This document shows positions 35,865 through 46,631 of a stretch of 64,000 nucleotides of DNA, one piece after another. Both the position numbers and the translations under genes were made by a program. Source of the DNA: an uncultured Verrucomicrobiota bacterium (GTDB lineage Bacteria; Verrucomicrobiota; Kiritimatiellia; PWTM01); NCBI GenBank assembly GCA_964402695.1, contig CAYODK010000003.1, positions 22,697 through 86,696 on the forward strand. Direction: 5' to 3'. The notes below the pieces were generated by a model, which did no database searches, was not told the origin of the DNA, and saw nothing but the letters and a program-made list of their open reading frames with translations. Position 1 is the first letter of the stretch, and every line of letters starts with the position of its first letter.

Positions 35865-38701
35865 CCGTGCGGCACGCACGGGCCGCGGCGATCCTGCTGG
35901 CCCTCGCGCCGGCGGTCCGCGGCGCCGACACGCTGGAGTCTGCGGAAGCCCTGCTGGCCGCGGCGACGGGGGCGACCGGAGGGCGCGAGAAGACGCGCGT
36001 CTGCGGGCTGACCGACGCCCTGGCCGACCGCGCCGCGGCGCTGCTTTCGGACCCCGATCCGTTCGTCCGCGGAATCGCCGAATGGGCGATCGCGATCCGG
36101 GTCGGCACGGACAACGACCGGCGCCGGTACTGGCCGCGGCCGGATCCGCCGGCGTGGTATGCGCGGTGGAGCCGCCTCCGGCCGGAGGAGATGCTGGACG
36201 CCGACTACGTGCGCCAGGCCGTGGCCCTCGGCGAACACCGGTCGGCGGAGGCGATGCTGAGGTCCGCCGACGCAATTCTCCGCCGCGCGACGGGCCCCTC
36301 CGGGGAGGTGCGGCGGCGCGGGACCGAAGCGCGGCGCGCCCGCCTCGATCGCGATGTCGCGGCCCTTGCCGGGGCGCACGAGGCGGTGGTCCGTCTGGGC
36401 CGGCAAACGCCCGTCCCCATGACCGGGCTGCGCTCCGCGTGGCTGGCCCTCCGCCGCGCGGCGCGCCCGGTGGTGATGGCCCACCCGGACCTGGACTTCG
36501 ACGCGATGGTCTTCCTGACCCGCTACTCCTGCATCGGCCCCCACAACCTTGCATCCTACAGCTACCACCCGGACCATTACCGTCCCGGCGGTGACATCGT
36601 CGTGCAGCAGGGTCTCGACCCCGCCGCACCCGTGCGCGGAATCCTCGCCGGCCGGCCCGGCCCGGGCCACCTGCGCGGCATGGACCTCTGGTGGGACGCC
36701 GGCCGCGTCTGCTTCGCCTTCACGCCCCAGCCCGGCTGGACGAACGGGCCGGTCGGAGACGGAGGCGTCCATTCCGAACCGACGCACGTGTATGAGGTGC
36801 GCCTCGACGGAACCGGGCTGCGAGCGCTCACCCACGACCCGAAGTGGATCGACACCGAGCCGGCCTACCTGCCCGACGGCGGCGTGATCTTCGGCTCGGA
36901 CCGCGCCGGCATCGGGAGCGAATGCGGCGGATGGACGCAGAACGCCGGCGTTCTGAACCTCTTCCGGGTCTCCGCCGACGGGCGCACGGTGCGGCGCCTG
37001 ACGGTGAACAAGGACTACGACCGCTATCCGCACACGCTCGACAACGGCACGGTCGCCTTCCTCCGCTGGGACTACGCCGAGCGCCAGTTCTTCAGCTGCC
37101 ACTCGCTCTGGACCGTCCGCCCGGATGGCACGATGGCCGATGCCCTCTACAAGTCGCACATCCAGGCGCCGCCCTACTCGCTGCGCGATCCCCGTCCGGT
37201 CCCGGGCGGCACCAAGCTCGTGGCGATCGCCTGCGGGCACCACACCCTCGCCGAGGGCGCCGTGACGGTCGTCGACCCCCGCCGCGGCGTCAACGAGTCC
37301 GGCGGCATGCGCTACATCACACCGCACGCCGGCCCGACCGAGGGCGGGCTCGGCCGCATCGAGCCGGTCGCCGAGGGCGGGGTCGTCGATGCCGGCGGGC
37401 TCTATCAGACCCCCTGGCCGCTCTCGGAACGGGGCTTCCTGGTGTCCTACGCCTACGCGCATCCGGCGTCCGCGGGCTTCGCGCTGTACTACATCGACGC
37501 CTGGGGAAACAAGGAACTGCTCCGCCGCGACCCGGTCCTCGACTGCGCGTACCCCATGCCGCTTCGCCCGCGCCCGCAGCCGCCCGTGCTCGCGGAGGCC
37601 GCGGAACCCGGCCGGCCGCATGCGGTCTGCCATGTCAGCGACGTCTACCACGACCTTGACGGCGTCCCGCGCGGCGCCGTGAAGTGGTTGCGGATCTCCG
37701 AGCGCGTGCCCTGGCCGTTCGACAAGTCGCCGCGCGGCGAACTGCGCTGGGTGCCGGGCAACCCCTTCGCCCCGCAGTTTGGTTACTGGACATGGGCGCC
37801 GGTCCGCGTCATCGGCATCGTGCCGGTCGCGGCGGACGGCTCGGCCCACTTCCGGGTCCCTGCGGGCCTGGGCGTCTACTTCCAGGCGCTCGACGAGCGC
37901 TTCATGGAGATCCGCCGGATGCGGAGCCACGTCGCCTTCCAGCCGGGCGAGACGCGATCGTGCCTCGGCTGTCACGAGACCCGGGGAGGCGTCACCCCCT
38001 CGACCTACTGGACGGCCTCCACGGCCGCGCGCCGCCCGCCCGACGTTCCGGCGCCGCCGCCGTGGGGCGACACGGCCCTGTTCGATTTCGAGCGGATGAT
38101 CCAGCCGATCCTTGACCGCCGCTGCGCCGGCTGCCATGGCGCGACCCGGCCGAAGGGGGGGCTCGATCTGACCGCGACCCCCGACCCGTACGGCTTTGCG
38201 CAGTCCTACCGCTCGCTCTTCGGACTGAAGCCCGGCCGGCCGACCCCGGTCTCCGATGGCGACGGCTGGTACCGGAAGCACTTCCCCGGCGTGCCGTCGT
38301 ACGAGGACAAGGACTGGTACCGGCTCGTTCTCGAAAACCGGGCGCCCGGCCAGCTCGTCGCGGTCTCGGACCGCACCACCTCGCCCTGGCAGAAACCGGT
38401 CGACGCAAGCATCTCCCGGCCGATGCAGTTCGGCTCGCACCAAAGCGGGCTTGTGCTCAAGCTGCTGCGCGACGACGCGCACCGGCGTGCGGCCGCGCTC
38501 ACGGACGACGAATGGCACCTGCTCGTCGCGTGGATCGACGCCAACGCACCCTACCGTGCCCCGTTCTTCCAGAAGTTCGACGAGAACGGCGCGCCGCTCG
38601 CCCGGCCGTGGCGCGTGGAACTCGCGCTGCGGTCCCCCTGGGCCGCGGAACCGGCGGGGATGACCGGCCCCGTGCCGGTCCCGGAAGGAGGGACACCGTG
38701 A
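35861..38701 (+). CDS. large secreted protein: PD40/TolB-like beta-propeller region plus C-terminal Planctomycete-type cytochrome c (PSCyt-like) domain
   Basis: Signal MTVRHARAAAILLALAPAVRGA. LPDGGVIFGSDRAGIG and RVSADGRTVRRLT propeller-like repeats. Two CxxCH motifs (CLGCHE; IQPILDRRCAGCHGATRPKGGLDLTA). Confidence 0.65.
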   Translation: MTVRHARAAAILLALAPAVRGADTLESAEALLAAATGATGGREKTRVCGLTDALADRAAALLSDPDPFVRGIAEWAIAIRVGTDNDRRRYWPRPDPPAWYARWSRLRPEEMLDADYVRQAVALGEHRSAEAMLRSADAILRRATGPSGEVRRRGTEARRARLDRDVAALAGAHEAVVRLGRQTPVPMTGLRSAWLALRRAARPVVMAHPDLDFDAMVFLTRYSCIGPHNLASYSYHPDHYRPGGDIVVQQGLDPAAPVRGILAGRPGPGHLRGMDLWWDAGRVCFAFTPQPGWTNGPVGDGGVHSEPTHVYEVRLDGTGLRALTHDPKWIDTEPAYLPDGGVIFGSDRAGIGSECGGWTQNAGVLNLFRVSADGRTVRRLTVNKDYDRYPHTLDNGTVAFLRWDYAERQFFSCHSLWTVRPDGTMADALYKSHIQAPPYSLRDPRPVPGGTKLVAIACGHHTLAEGAVTVVDPRRGVNESGGMRYITPHAGPTEGGLGRIEPVAEGGVVDAGGLYQTPWPLSERGFLVSYAYAHPASAGFALYYIDAWGNKELLRRDPVLDCAYPMPLRPRPQPPVLAEAAEPGRPHAVCHVSDVYHDLDGVPRGAVKWLRISERVPWPFDKSPRGELRWVPGNPFAPQFGYWTWAPVRVIGIVPVAADGSAHFRVPAGLGVYFQALDERFMEIRRMRSHVAFQPGETRSCLGCHETRGGVTPSTYWTASTAARRPPDVPAPPPWGDTALFDFERMIQPILDRRCAGCHGATRPKGGLDLTATPDPYGFAQSYRSLFGLKPGRPTPVSDGDGWYRKHFPGVPSYEDKDWYRLVLENRAPGQLVAVSDRTTSPWQKPVDASISRPMQFGSHQSGLVLKLLRDDAHRRAAALTDDEWHLLVAWIDANAPYRAPFFQKFDENGAPLARPWRVELALRSPWAAEPAGMTGPVPVPEGGTP

Positions 38702-40677
38702 GAATCTGGATTCCGGCCGCACTCGCTGCGGCGATGGGGGCGGGCACAGCGGCAGGACCCGTCGACGGCGGCGGACTGCGCGTGTACCACATCGGCAACA
38801 GCCACACCGATTCGCTGCGGAACACGCTGATGCCGCTGGCCGTCGCGGCCGGGCACTCGAACCACTTCTTCTCGACGTCGATCATCCTCGGCGCGCCGCT
38901 CCGCTGGATCCGCGACCACGACAAGGACTGCCGCGAGCAGCCGTGGTCGGAGGGGCTCGCGCCCGGGAACGCCTGGGACGCCGCGACGCTCCAGTGCTAC
39001 GCGAGCGACGACGACGACATCGCCGCCGCCGTGCACTTCGCCGGGCTGCTCCACCGCGGAAACCCGCGGTGCCGCATCCTCATCTACACCATCTGGCCCG
39101 GCGCGGACGACGACTGGGAGGCCCCGAAGCACGAGCGCACCGAGGCGCGCTCGGAACGCTACGCCGAGGCGATCGCGAAGGCCTTCCCCGACGCCCCGCC
39201 CCCGCGCGTCGCGCCGACCAGCCTGGTCCTGCGCGAACTCGGCCGCCTCGCCGACGCCGGGGACCTGCCCGGCGTGCCGTCGCGGTTCGCGCTGCTCTCC
39301 GACGGCGGCCACCTCGCCGCGGCGGGCCACTACGCCGTCAGTGCGACGTTCTGCTCGATGCTCTACAACGAGCACCCGTTCGCCTACCCCGGCCGGATCC
39401 TGGCGTACGCAAAGGAGTCGAAGACGGAGAAGCGGGTCAGCCCCGACCGGGTGCAGTTCGAGCTTGCGCCGGAGACCGCCGCGGTCATCCGGCGGGTCGT
39501 GTGGGATGTGCTCGCGACCTATCCGCCCGCGGGCGTCGAGGCCGGGCTGGTCATCGCCGACCGCGCACTGCCCGCCGCGGTCGCCGGCCGGCCGTACGCC
39601 CATGCGTTCCGCGCGCTCCATGCCTCCGGCCCTGCCGCGTGGTCGCTCTCCGCCGACGCGCTCCCGGCCGGGCTGGCGCTGGGCGCGGACGGCACGCTCT
39701 CGGGCGCCCCGGCGGCGCCCGGCTCGTTCGCGATCACGGTCCGCGTCGAGGCCGGCGGGCGCCGGTTCGAGAAGCCCTTCACACTGGTCGCAAGCGAGGA
39801 CCGTCCGCCGCGGATCGCGTCGGGCGATCTTGAGTCCGTCCCGCTCGACCGGCACGTGTTCCACGAACTCCGGGCCGACGGCGGGGTGGGCAAACTCACA
39901 TGGAGCCTCGCATCCGCCGAGGCGCGCCTGCCCTACGGCGTGCGGCTGGCGAAGACGGGGATCCTGCTGGGCACGCCGGGCGAGGCCGGGGAGTTCCGCT
40001 TCGCCGTCCGCGTGACCGATGCGCATCCCGACGGCCCGCGCAGCGACGAACGGTCCATCGTCTGGCGGATCGACCCCGCGACGCCCGGCGCGCTGGTGGC
40101 GCCCGCGGTGGCGACCGCACCCGTGCTGGACGGGAACCTCGACGAACCATTCTGGCGCCTCGACCAGGCCGTCACCGGCGCCCCGCCCGCGAAGGCCGCC
40201 TCGCTCGGAGTCGTCTGGGTGCCGAACCGCGACTGGCGAAAGGGCGGCACCGTCCACATCGCGATGAAGGTGAGCGACGGCGCCTCCGGCCGGAGCCCCC
40301 GGGATGCGGTCCACCTCTATCTCGACGGCATGCACAACCGCGAGCGGATGTACAACCAGGACGACACCCATTTCGTGATCCGGCGCGACGGGCGGAGCGA
40401 AACGGTCCGCGGCAAGCCGAACTGGTTCCTCAAGGCCGCCGCGCGCGAGGCCGACGGCGGCTGGACGTTGGAGATCGCCGTGCCGCACAATTACTTCGTC
40501 GGCGCCGGCTCATGGATCGACATGGCGCCGCGGGCCGTCTACGGATTCGACCTGGCCGTCGCGTCCGGCACGGAGGGGGCGGCAAGCGCCTTCTGGCGCG
40601 GCTCGGCGGCGAACGACGAGGACACGAGCGGATTCGGAAGCCTGGTGCTCGGCGGGGCCGGGGACGGGAAGCGATGA
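38698..40677 (+). CDS. secreted multidomain protein: SGNH-like N-domain, two putative Ig (dystroglycan/cadherin-like) domains, C-terminal CBM9/DOMON-like domain
   Basis: GTG start overlapping the previous stop (alternative ATG 38734). LRVYHIGNSHTDSL. ALPAGLALGADGTLSGAPAAPGSFAITVRV and LPYGVRLAKTGILLGTPGEAGEFRFAVRV. C-terminal TAPVLDGNLDEPFW. Confidence 0.55.
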   Translation: MRIWIPAALAAAMGAGTAAGPVDGGGLRVYHIGNSHTDSLRNTLMPLAVAAGHSNHFFSTSIILGAPLRWIRDHDKDCREQPWSEGLAPGNAWDAATLQCYASDDDDIAAAVHFAGLLHRGNPRCRILIYTIWPGADDDWEAPKHERTEARSERYAEAIAKAFPDAPPPRVAPTSLVLRELGRLADAGDLPGVPSRFALLSDGGHLAAAGHYAVSATFCSMLYNEHPFAYPGRILAYAKESKTEKRVSPDRVQFELAPETAAVIRRVVWDVLATYPPAGVEAGLVIADRALPAAVAGRPYAHAFRALHASGPAAWSLSADALPAGLALGADGTLSGAPAAPGSFAITVRVEAGGRRFEKPFTLVASEDRPPRIASGDLESVPLDRHVFHELRADGGVGKLTWSLASAEARLPYGVRLAKTGILLGTPGEAGEFRFAVRVTDAHPDGPRSDERSIVWRIDPATPGALVAPAVATAPVLDGNLDEPFWRLDQAVTGAPPAKAASLGVVWVPNRDWRKGGTVHIAMKVSDGASGRSPRDAVHLYLDGMHNRERMYNQDDTHFVIRRDGRSETVRGKPNWFLKAAAREADGGWTLEIAVPHNYFVGAGSWIDMAPRAVYGFDLAVASGTEGAASAFWRGSAANDEDTSGFGSLVLGGAGDGKR

Positions 40678-42146
40678 GACGGACGTTGGGATGGGCGATG
40701 GCGCTTTGGATGGCGGGGGTTGCGACACCGGGCGCTGTCGGGGCCTCGCCCGCCGCCACGGAGCCGATGCCGCGCCTCGGCGTCGCCCCGAACGGCCGGC
40801 ATCTGGTGCAGTCGGACGGGACGCCATTCTTCTGGCTCGGCGACACCGCCTGGCACCTGTTCGGCAAGTCCGTGCGCGAAGACGCGACGAACCAGCCTTC
40901 CGTCACCCGCTATTTCGCGGCGCGGGCCGCCCAGGGATTCACCGTGATCCAGTCCGTGATGGTCCGCGAGACCGACGGGGGGCCGGCGCGGAACGAGGCC
41001 AATGCGTACGGGCACGTTCCGTTCGAGGAGGGCGACGCGTCGCGGCCGCGGATTCGACCCGGGGCCGACGACGACTACTGGGACCACATCGGGTGGTGCA
41101 TCGACGAGACGGCCCGCCACGGGCTCCGCATGGCCGCGCTGCCGGTTTGGCTGCAGGATATCGAGGATGACGATCCGTTGGCTGCGGATCCGACGGTCGC
41201 CTATCGCTACGGACGCTTCCTCGGCACCCGCTGGGGCCGGTCGCCGTCGGTGGTCTGGGTGCTGGGTGGCGACGCATGGAAGAAGGGCCGCAACGTCGAC
41301 ACCCCCTCCCGGCTCGCGCTCGTCCGTGCGATGGCCGAGGGCATAGCGGACGGCGCGACCGGGTCCGACGCCTTCGACGGTGCGGCCCGCTGGGATGCGG
41401 TGCTGATGACCTTCCATCCGCCCGGCGGCGGACATTCCTCATCCGAATGGCTGCACGACGAGCCGTGGCTCGATTTCAACATGATCCAGACGACCACGCG
41501 CTTCTCGTTCGACAACTGGCGCACCGTGGCGCGCGACTTCGCCCGGACTCCGCCGAAGCCGACCTTCGACGCCGAGGTCGCCTACGAGGAGTCGCTCTCG
41601 CTGCGCAAGACCGAGCGACAGGACATCCGCATCCGACCGTGGGATGTGCGCCGCGCCGCCTGGTGGGGCGTGCTCTCCGGCGGCTGCGGCCACACCTACG
41701 GTCACCGCAGCTTCATCGGGTGGATTCGGAAGGGCGAGACCTACAAGCACGGGGCGCACATCCCGTGGGTCGAGCGTCTTGATGCGCCCGGGGCCACGCA
41801 GATGATCCACCTCCGTCGCCTGGTCGAGACGTGCCGCTTTCACGACCACACGCCCGCGCCGGAGTTGATCGAGGGCGGTCCCGGCGACGGCGACGCACGA
41901 ATCCAGGCCGCGCGCTCCGCCGATGGCCGCGTGGCCCTGGTCTACACGCCCATGGGCCGCGCCATCGCCCTCCGAGGCGACCGCTTCGGCGCACCGGCGG
42001 ACGCGTCCTGGTACGATCCGCGCACCGGCGAGACGACCGGGATCGGGCCGTTGTCCGCTTCCGCGGGCCGCCCCTTCCGTCCGCCGACCTCCGGCGAGGG
42101 TTGCGATTGGGTCCTGGTGGTTCGTGCACGGGAGGAGCAACGATGA
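40674..42146 (+). CDS. DUF4038-domain glycoside hydrolase (GH140/apiosidase-like)
   Basis: Signal MRRTLGWAMALWMAGVATPGAVGA. DGTPFFWLGDTAWHLF N-terminal motif of DUF4038. Confidence 0.7.
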   Translation: MRRTLGWAMALWMAGVATPGAVGASPAATEPMPRLGVAPNGRHLVQSDGTPFFWLGDTAWHLFGKSVREDATNQPSVTRYFAARAAQGFTVIQSVMVRETDGGPARNEANAYGHVPFEEGDASRPRIRPGADDDYWDHIGWCIDETARHGLRMAALPVWLQDIEDDDPLAADPTVAYRYGRFLGTRWGRSPSVVWVLGGDAWKKGRNVDTPSRLALVRAMAEGIADGATGSDAFDGAARWDAVLMTFHPPGGGHSSSEWLHDEPWLDFNMIQTTTRFSFDNWRTVARDFARTPPKPTFDAEVAYEESLSLRKTERQDIRIRPWDVRRAAWWGVLSGGCGHTYGHRSFIGWIRKGETYKHGAHIPWVERLDAPGATQMIHLRRLVETCRFHDHTPAPELIEGGPGDGDARIQAARSADGRVALVYTPMGRAIALRGDRFGAPADASWYDPRTGETTGIGPLSASAGRPFRPPTSGEGCDWVLVVRAREEQR

Positions 42147-44983
42147 ACGCGATGAGGTGCCGCACTTTTCGATGTCTCGACCCGCGGGGGCCACTCGCGC
42201 GGGCGTGGGGCGCGGTGTCCGGCACCGCCGTCAGGCCCGTACTTCTGGCTGTCGTCGCGCTCGCGGCCGCGGCCCCGGCGGCGGAGAACCTGGTGCGGAA
42301 CGGGTCCTTCGAGGGCGCGCTGCTCTACTGGCACGGGGTCAGCCCGTCGAACCACGCGCTCGCGCGCGGGGCGCGGTGCGGCGACTACGCGCTCCAACTC
42401 CGCAAGGGCGCCGTGATGAGCGCGCCGTTCGTCTGCGAGCGCGGGAAGAATTACACGGTGAGCTTCTTCGTCCGGGGCGAGACGCCATGCGAGGTCCACG
42501 TGCAGATGCCGCCGAGCGCCCGCGAGGAGGGACAGAAGGCGGGGCGGCTGTGGTCGCGCGAAGGGACGAAGTCGGCGAAGGTCGGAACGGCGTGGCAGCG
42601 CGTTTCGTTCTCGTGGCCGGCCGATGTGCCGCCGAGCGGCTTCTGGCCGAATCCGCACTACATGGCCCAGATCGAACCACGCGGGGGCACGATCCTGGTC
42701 GACGGCATGACCGTCACGGAGGGCGACACGGGAACGGACGACTACGTTCCGCGCCGCCCCGTCGAGGTCGTCGCCGAATGTCCCGACCTGCCCGGCTACG
42801 AAGGCGCGAAGGCAAACCTGTTCGCGACCGGCGCGACGGTCCGCGTCACGGGACACGTCTCGAATCCGGGCGCCGCGGACCGCGAAGTGCGCCTCTGCTG
42901 GCAGTTGTTCGACTACGAGGGCGAGCGGCCCGTCGGCCAGCCGGTCGTGAAGGACATCCGCGTGCCCGCCGGAAGGACCGCGAGCGAAACGGCGCTGCTT
43001 CAGCTCACGGCCAGCGGCTGCGTTCTTGCCCGCGTCAGCGTCCTCGATGCCTCCGGGATTTCGACGAAGGGCCCGTCGCGGCTCGACGCGTCCGAGATCC
43101 CGCTGACGTCCCTGCCCTATCCGAAGGCGGCCGTGAAGCCGGACTGGCGGGAGCGCTTCGGCGGTTCGTTCGCGGGCGGAACCGGGTGCGTCGACAAGTT
43201 CCGCGCGCTGGGCTTCGGCTGGATCCGCTGGCGGCCGCACATGAACGGCCAGGACCACTGGCCCGACCGCGACGCGCCGATGCTCTTCTTCGACAAGGAA
43301 CTCGACGAGCAGGAGTCGCGCGGCTGCTCGACCCACTGCGTGCTCTATCCGCCGCCGAAGTGGATCATGGAGAAGGGCCATCCGCTGCCCACCGACATGC
43401 GGTGGGCGGCGGACGATCTGCGCTGGGACGACCTCGCCGTCGAGACCACCTGGGACCGCTTCGTCAAGGCGGCGGTCGGGCACTACCGGGGGCGTTCGCT
43501 CATCTACGAGATCGAGAACGAGCCGGAATTCGACAAATGGGACGACCACCTGGAGCAGTACGCGAAGTTCACGATCCGCACCGCGAAACTGATTCGTCAG
43601 ACCGATCCCGCCGCGAAGATCATGGTGAACAACGTCTATGGCATCCCCAGCAAGGTGAACGCGGCCTTCTTCAAGGCGGGCGGGCTGAAGTTCATCGACG
43701 TGATGTCCTGGCACGACTACCACGAGGGATGGCTCGCCGACGCGACGGGTATCAAGCGGATGCGGCAGAACATGGACGAGGCCGGCGGCAGGAACGTTGA
43801 GATCTGGTTCAACGAGGGCTGGGCGTTCTCCAACACGGCCGTCGACGAGCCGATCGCCTGCACGCGGCTGACCGCCGCGCAGAGTTGCAACGCGATCGTG
43901 GACTCCGTCGCCGAACTGAGCGCCAACGGGCAGGCGAAGACGATCCTGTTCCACGTCGCGTACGAGACGCACGGCATGAGCTTCTGGGACTACAGCGGCC
44001 CCGGCACGATGCTGTGGGACTGGTACGACCTGCCGATGCCCCTCGTGGCCGCCTGGAACGTGCTCGCGCACCACATCGGCGTCAGCGAGGCCGTCGGGTT
44101 CGTCCGCCCGCCCGGCGCCAGCGTGTGCATCTTCGACGACCTCCGCAACAGGCGCGGCGTGATGATCGCCTACGCGGACCGCGACGCGAAGACCGACGCG
44201 GTCGTCGACCTTCCCGACGTCGGCGCCCCGCTGGTCGCCGAGGACATCATGGGCAACGCGGCCTCCGCGCCCGCGCGGCTCGTGCTGTCGAAGACCGGGC
44301 GGCCGGTGATCCTGTACGCCGCGCGCCCCGTCGGCGGGCGCGTCTTCTTCGACCGGCTGGCTCCGCTCGACCGGAAGCACGCGGGCTTCGTCCGCACGGG
44401 CAAAGGCGGCGCGCGGACGTGGTCGCTTCCGCCCGCATGGGAGGGAACGGCCAAGGGGTCGCCCGACGGCAGCGCGGTGCTCGCCGACGGCCGGCCCGTC
44501 TGGAAACTCGAGCAGGTCTGGCCGCCGGAACCGCGAAAGCCTGCGAACTACCGGCCGATGGTCTGGAGCGGAACGGCGTGGAACGTGGCCGAGGGCGGGT
44601 TCGGCGGCCAGCCCGGCGCGGGTCTCCGCGACAGCGCGATGGTCCTTTCCACCCGCGCGGCGCACGGCCAGCCGCCGCAACGCCGGTTCTGCGCGCTGGT
44701 CTTCGTCGCGCCGGATCCCGGCCGCTACACGCTCCGGGGCACGGTCCGCGCCCGCATCTGGGACGGCAGGCAGACGACCGTCCTCCGGCTGCTGCGCAAG
44801 AACGCCGCCGACGCGGTGGAGATCGCGCGGATGTCGGTCGCACACGGCGCGTCGGCTGCGCTGGACTGGCCTGCTGTCGAACTGGGCGCCGGCGACGAAC
44901 TGGTTCTGCTGCCCGAGATCGAGGGCATGTACGCCGGCGGCGACCTGGCGATCGAAGACCTCTCCGTGGCCGGCGCTCCGTGA
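42143..44983 (+). CDS. clan GH-A glycoside hydrolase with N-terminal CBM4/9-like module
   Basis: Signal. ENLVRNGSFEGAL..W. IYEIENEPEF (NEP acid/base) and VEIWFNEGW nucleophile region. Confidence 0.65.
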   Translation: MNAMRCRTFRCLDPRGPLARAWGAVSGTAVRPVLLAVVALAAAAPAAENLVRNGSFEGALLYWHGVSPSNHALARGARCGDYALQLRKGAVMSAPFVCERGKNYTVSFFVRGETPCEVHVQMPPSAREEGQKAGRLWSREGTKSAKVGTAWQRVSFSWPADVPPSGFWPNPHYMAQIEPRGGTILVDGMTVTEGDTGTDDYVPRRPVEVVAECPDLPGYEGAKANLFATGATVRVTGHVSNPGAADREVRLCWQLFDYEGERPVGQPVVKDIRVPAGRTASETALLQLTASGCVLARVSVLDASGISTKGPSRLDASEIPLTSLPYPKAAVKPDWRERFGGSFAGGTGCVDKFRALGFGWIRWRPHMNGQDHWPDRDAPMLFFDKELDEQESRGCSTHCVLYPPPKWIMEKGHPLPTDMRWAADDLRWDDLAVETTWDRFVKAAVGHYRGRSLIYEIENEPEFDKWDDHLEQYAKFTIRTAKLIRQTDPAAKIMVNNVYGIPSKVNAAFFKAGGLKFIDVMSWHDYHEGWLADATGIKRMRQNMDEAGGRNVEIWFNEGWAFSNTAVDEPIACTRLTAAQSCNAIVDSVAELSANGQAKTILFHVAYETHGMSFWDYSGPGTMLWDWYDLPMPLVAAWNVLAHHIGVSEAVGFVRPPGASVCIFDDLRNRRGVMIAYADRDAKTDAVVDLPDVGAPLVAEDIMGNAASAPARLVLSKTGRPVILYAARPVGGRVFFDRLAPLDRKHAGFVRTGKGGARTWSLPPAWEGTAKGSPDGSAVLADGRPVWKLEQVWPPEPRKPANYRPMVWSGTAWNVAEGGFGGQPGAGLRDSAMVLSTRAAHGQPPQRRFCALVFVAPDPGRYTLRGTVRARIWDGRQTTVLRLLRKNAADAVEIARMSVAHGASAALDWPAVELGAGDELVLLPEIEGMYAGGDLAIEDLSVAGAP

Positions 44984-45035
44984 CCGCGCCGGCCCCGGTT
45001 CGTGGACAGTGGCACGGGTGCGGGAGGGATGGACG

Positions 45036-46631
45036 ATGAGGATGCAGGCGGTGGCGATGGCGGTGGCGGCGGCCCTGGGCGTGCCGGGGCTCGCGGGGAC
45101 GGGGATGGCCGCGCAGCCGGCGGAGGCGCCCGCCGCGACGCGGCTGGGGATCAACCTCGCCGGCCCGGCGGACTGGAACAGCGAACTGCCGTTCGTCGAT
45201 GTCTTTCGCCAGTCGAGACCGTGGATCAGCCAGAAAGAGGGCGCCGCGTGGGGCAAGGGGCCGGACCTCGCGCTGGACGAGTTCGGCTGGGTGAAGCGGC
45301 TGGAGCCCGGCTGCTACGCCGAGAGCATGCTCTGCACGGTCGGCGGCGGACACTACCCCGGCGGCGTCTACACGGTCCTCTACGAGGGCGAGGGAAAGCT
45401 GGGCGTCGGACACAACGCGAAGATCGTCGACGCCGCGCCCGGCCGGATGCGCGTCGACGTCGATTCGTCCAAGGGCGGCTGGTCGCTGCAGATCCGCGAG
45501 ACGAACCCGCAGAACCCCGTGCGCGACATCCGCGTCCTCATGCCCGGCTTCGAGGCGACGGGGCAGACCGAGCCGTTTCATCCGGTCTTTCTGAAGCGAT
45601 GGAAGGGCTTCGCGTGTTTCCGGTTCATGGACTGGATGCATACCAATGGCTCGGAGATCCGCACGTGGGCCGACCGCCCGACGCTGCGCCACGCGACGTT
45701 CTCCAGGCGCGGCGTCGCGCTGGAATGGATGATCGACCTGTGCAACCGCCAGAAGGCCGATCCGTGGTTCTGCATGCCGCACCTGGCCGACGACGACTAC
45801 GTGCGACGGTTCGCGCGCATGGTGAAGGAGCGGCTGGACCCGGGACGGAAGATCTACATCGAATATTCCAACGAGGTCTGGAACGGCCAGTTCGCGCAGA
45901 GCCGGTACGCCGGCGAGCAGGGCGTGAAGCTCGGCCTCGGTCCGAAGGACAAGCCGTGGGAGGCGGGCTGGCACTATACCGCCGTCCGGTCGGTGGAGAT
46001 CTTCCGCATCTGGGAGGAGGTCTTCGGCGGGCACGACCGGTTCGTCCGCGTGCTGCCCGTGCAGACCGGCGTCGGCGCGGTCGCGGACGGCGTGTGCGGC
46101 TTCCGCGACGCCGCGAAGCACGCCGACGCGATGGCCGTCGCGCCGTACATGGGCTACAGCATCGGGCGCGGGAAGACGGCGGACCTCGGCCCGACGATGC
46201 GCGACTGGACCGCGGACCAGATGCTCGACCACTTCGAGAAGACCGGCTTCGCCGACGCCCTGCAGCGGATGGCGAAAGACAAGGCCTCCGCCGCGAAGCA
46301 CGGCCTCGCGCTCGTCGCCTACGAGGGCGGGCAGCACATGGTCGCGTTCGTGAAGGACCGCGACCTCACGGCGGCCCTCACGAAGACGATGCACGCCTGC
46401 AACCGGCATTCGCGGATGGGCGACCTCTACCGGCGCTATTTCGCGGAATGGGCCCGGCTCGGCGGCGGCACGTTCTGTCACTTCTCCAGCATCGGCAACT
46501 GGAGCAACCACGGCGCGTGGGGGTTGGCCGAACACTACGACAGCCGGCCCGCCGACTACCCGAAGCTGGCCGCGGCCCTGGATTGGGCGAAGACGCTCGG
46601 CCAGCCGGTTGAACTCGAGGCCCGCAAGTGA
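45036..46631 (+). CDS. clan GH-A (GH5-like) glycoside hydrolase
   Basis: Signal MRMQAVAMAVAAALGVPGLAGTGMAA. IEYSNEVWN. Confidence 0.6.
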   Translation: MRMQAVAMAVAAALGVPGLAGTGMAAQPAEAPAATRLGINLAGPADWNSELPFVDVFRQSRPWISQKEGAAWGKGPDLALDEFGWVKRLEPGCYAESMLCTVGGGHYPGGVYTVLYEGEGKLGVGHNAKIVDAAPGRMRVDVDSSKGGWSLQIRETNPQNPVRDIRVLMPGFEATGQTEPFHPVFLKRWKGFACFRFMDWMHTNGSEIRTWADRPTLRHATFSRRGVALEWMIDLCNRQKADPWFCMPHLADDDYVRRFARMVKERLDPGRKIYIEYSNEVWNGQFAQSRYAGEQGVKLGLGPKDKPWEAGWHYTAVRSVEIFRIWEEVFGGHDRFVRVLPVQTGVGAVADGVCGFRDAAKHADAMAVAPYMGYSIGRGKTADLGPTMRDWTADQMLDHFEKTGFADALQRMAKDKASAAKHGLALVAYEGGQHMVAFVKDRDLTAALTKTMHACNRHSRMGDLYRRYFAEWARLGGGTFCHFSSIGNWSNHGAWGLAEHYDSRPADYPKLAAALDWAKTLGQPVELEARK

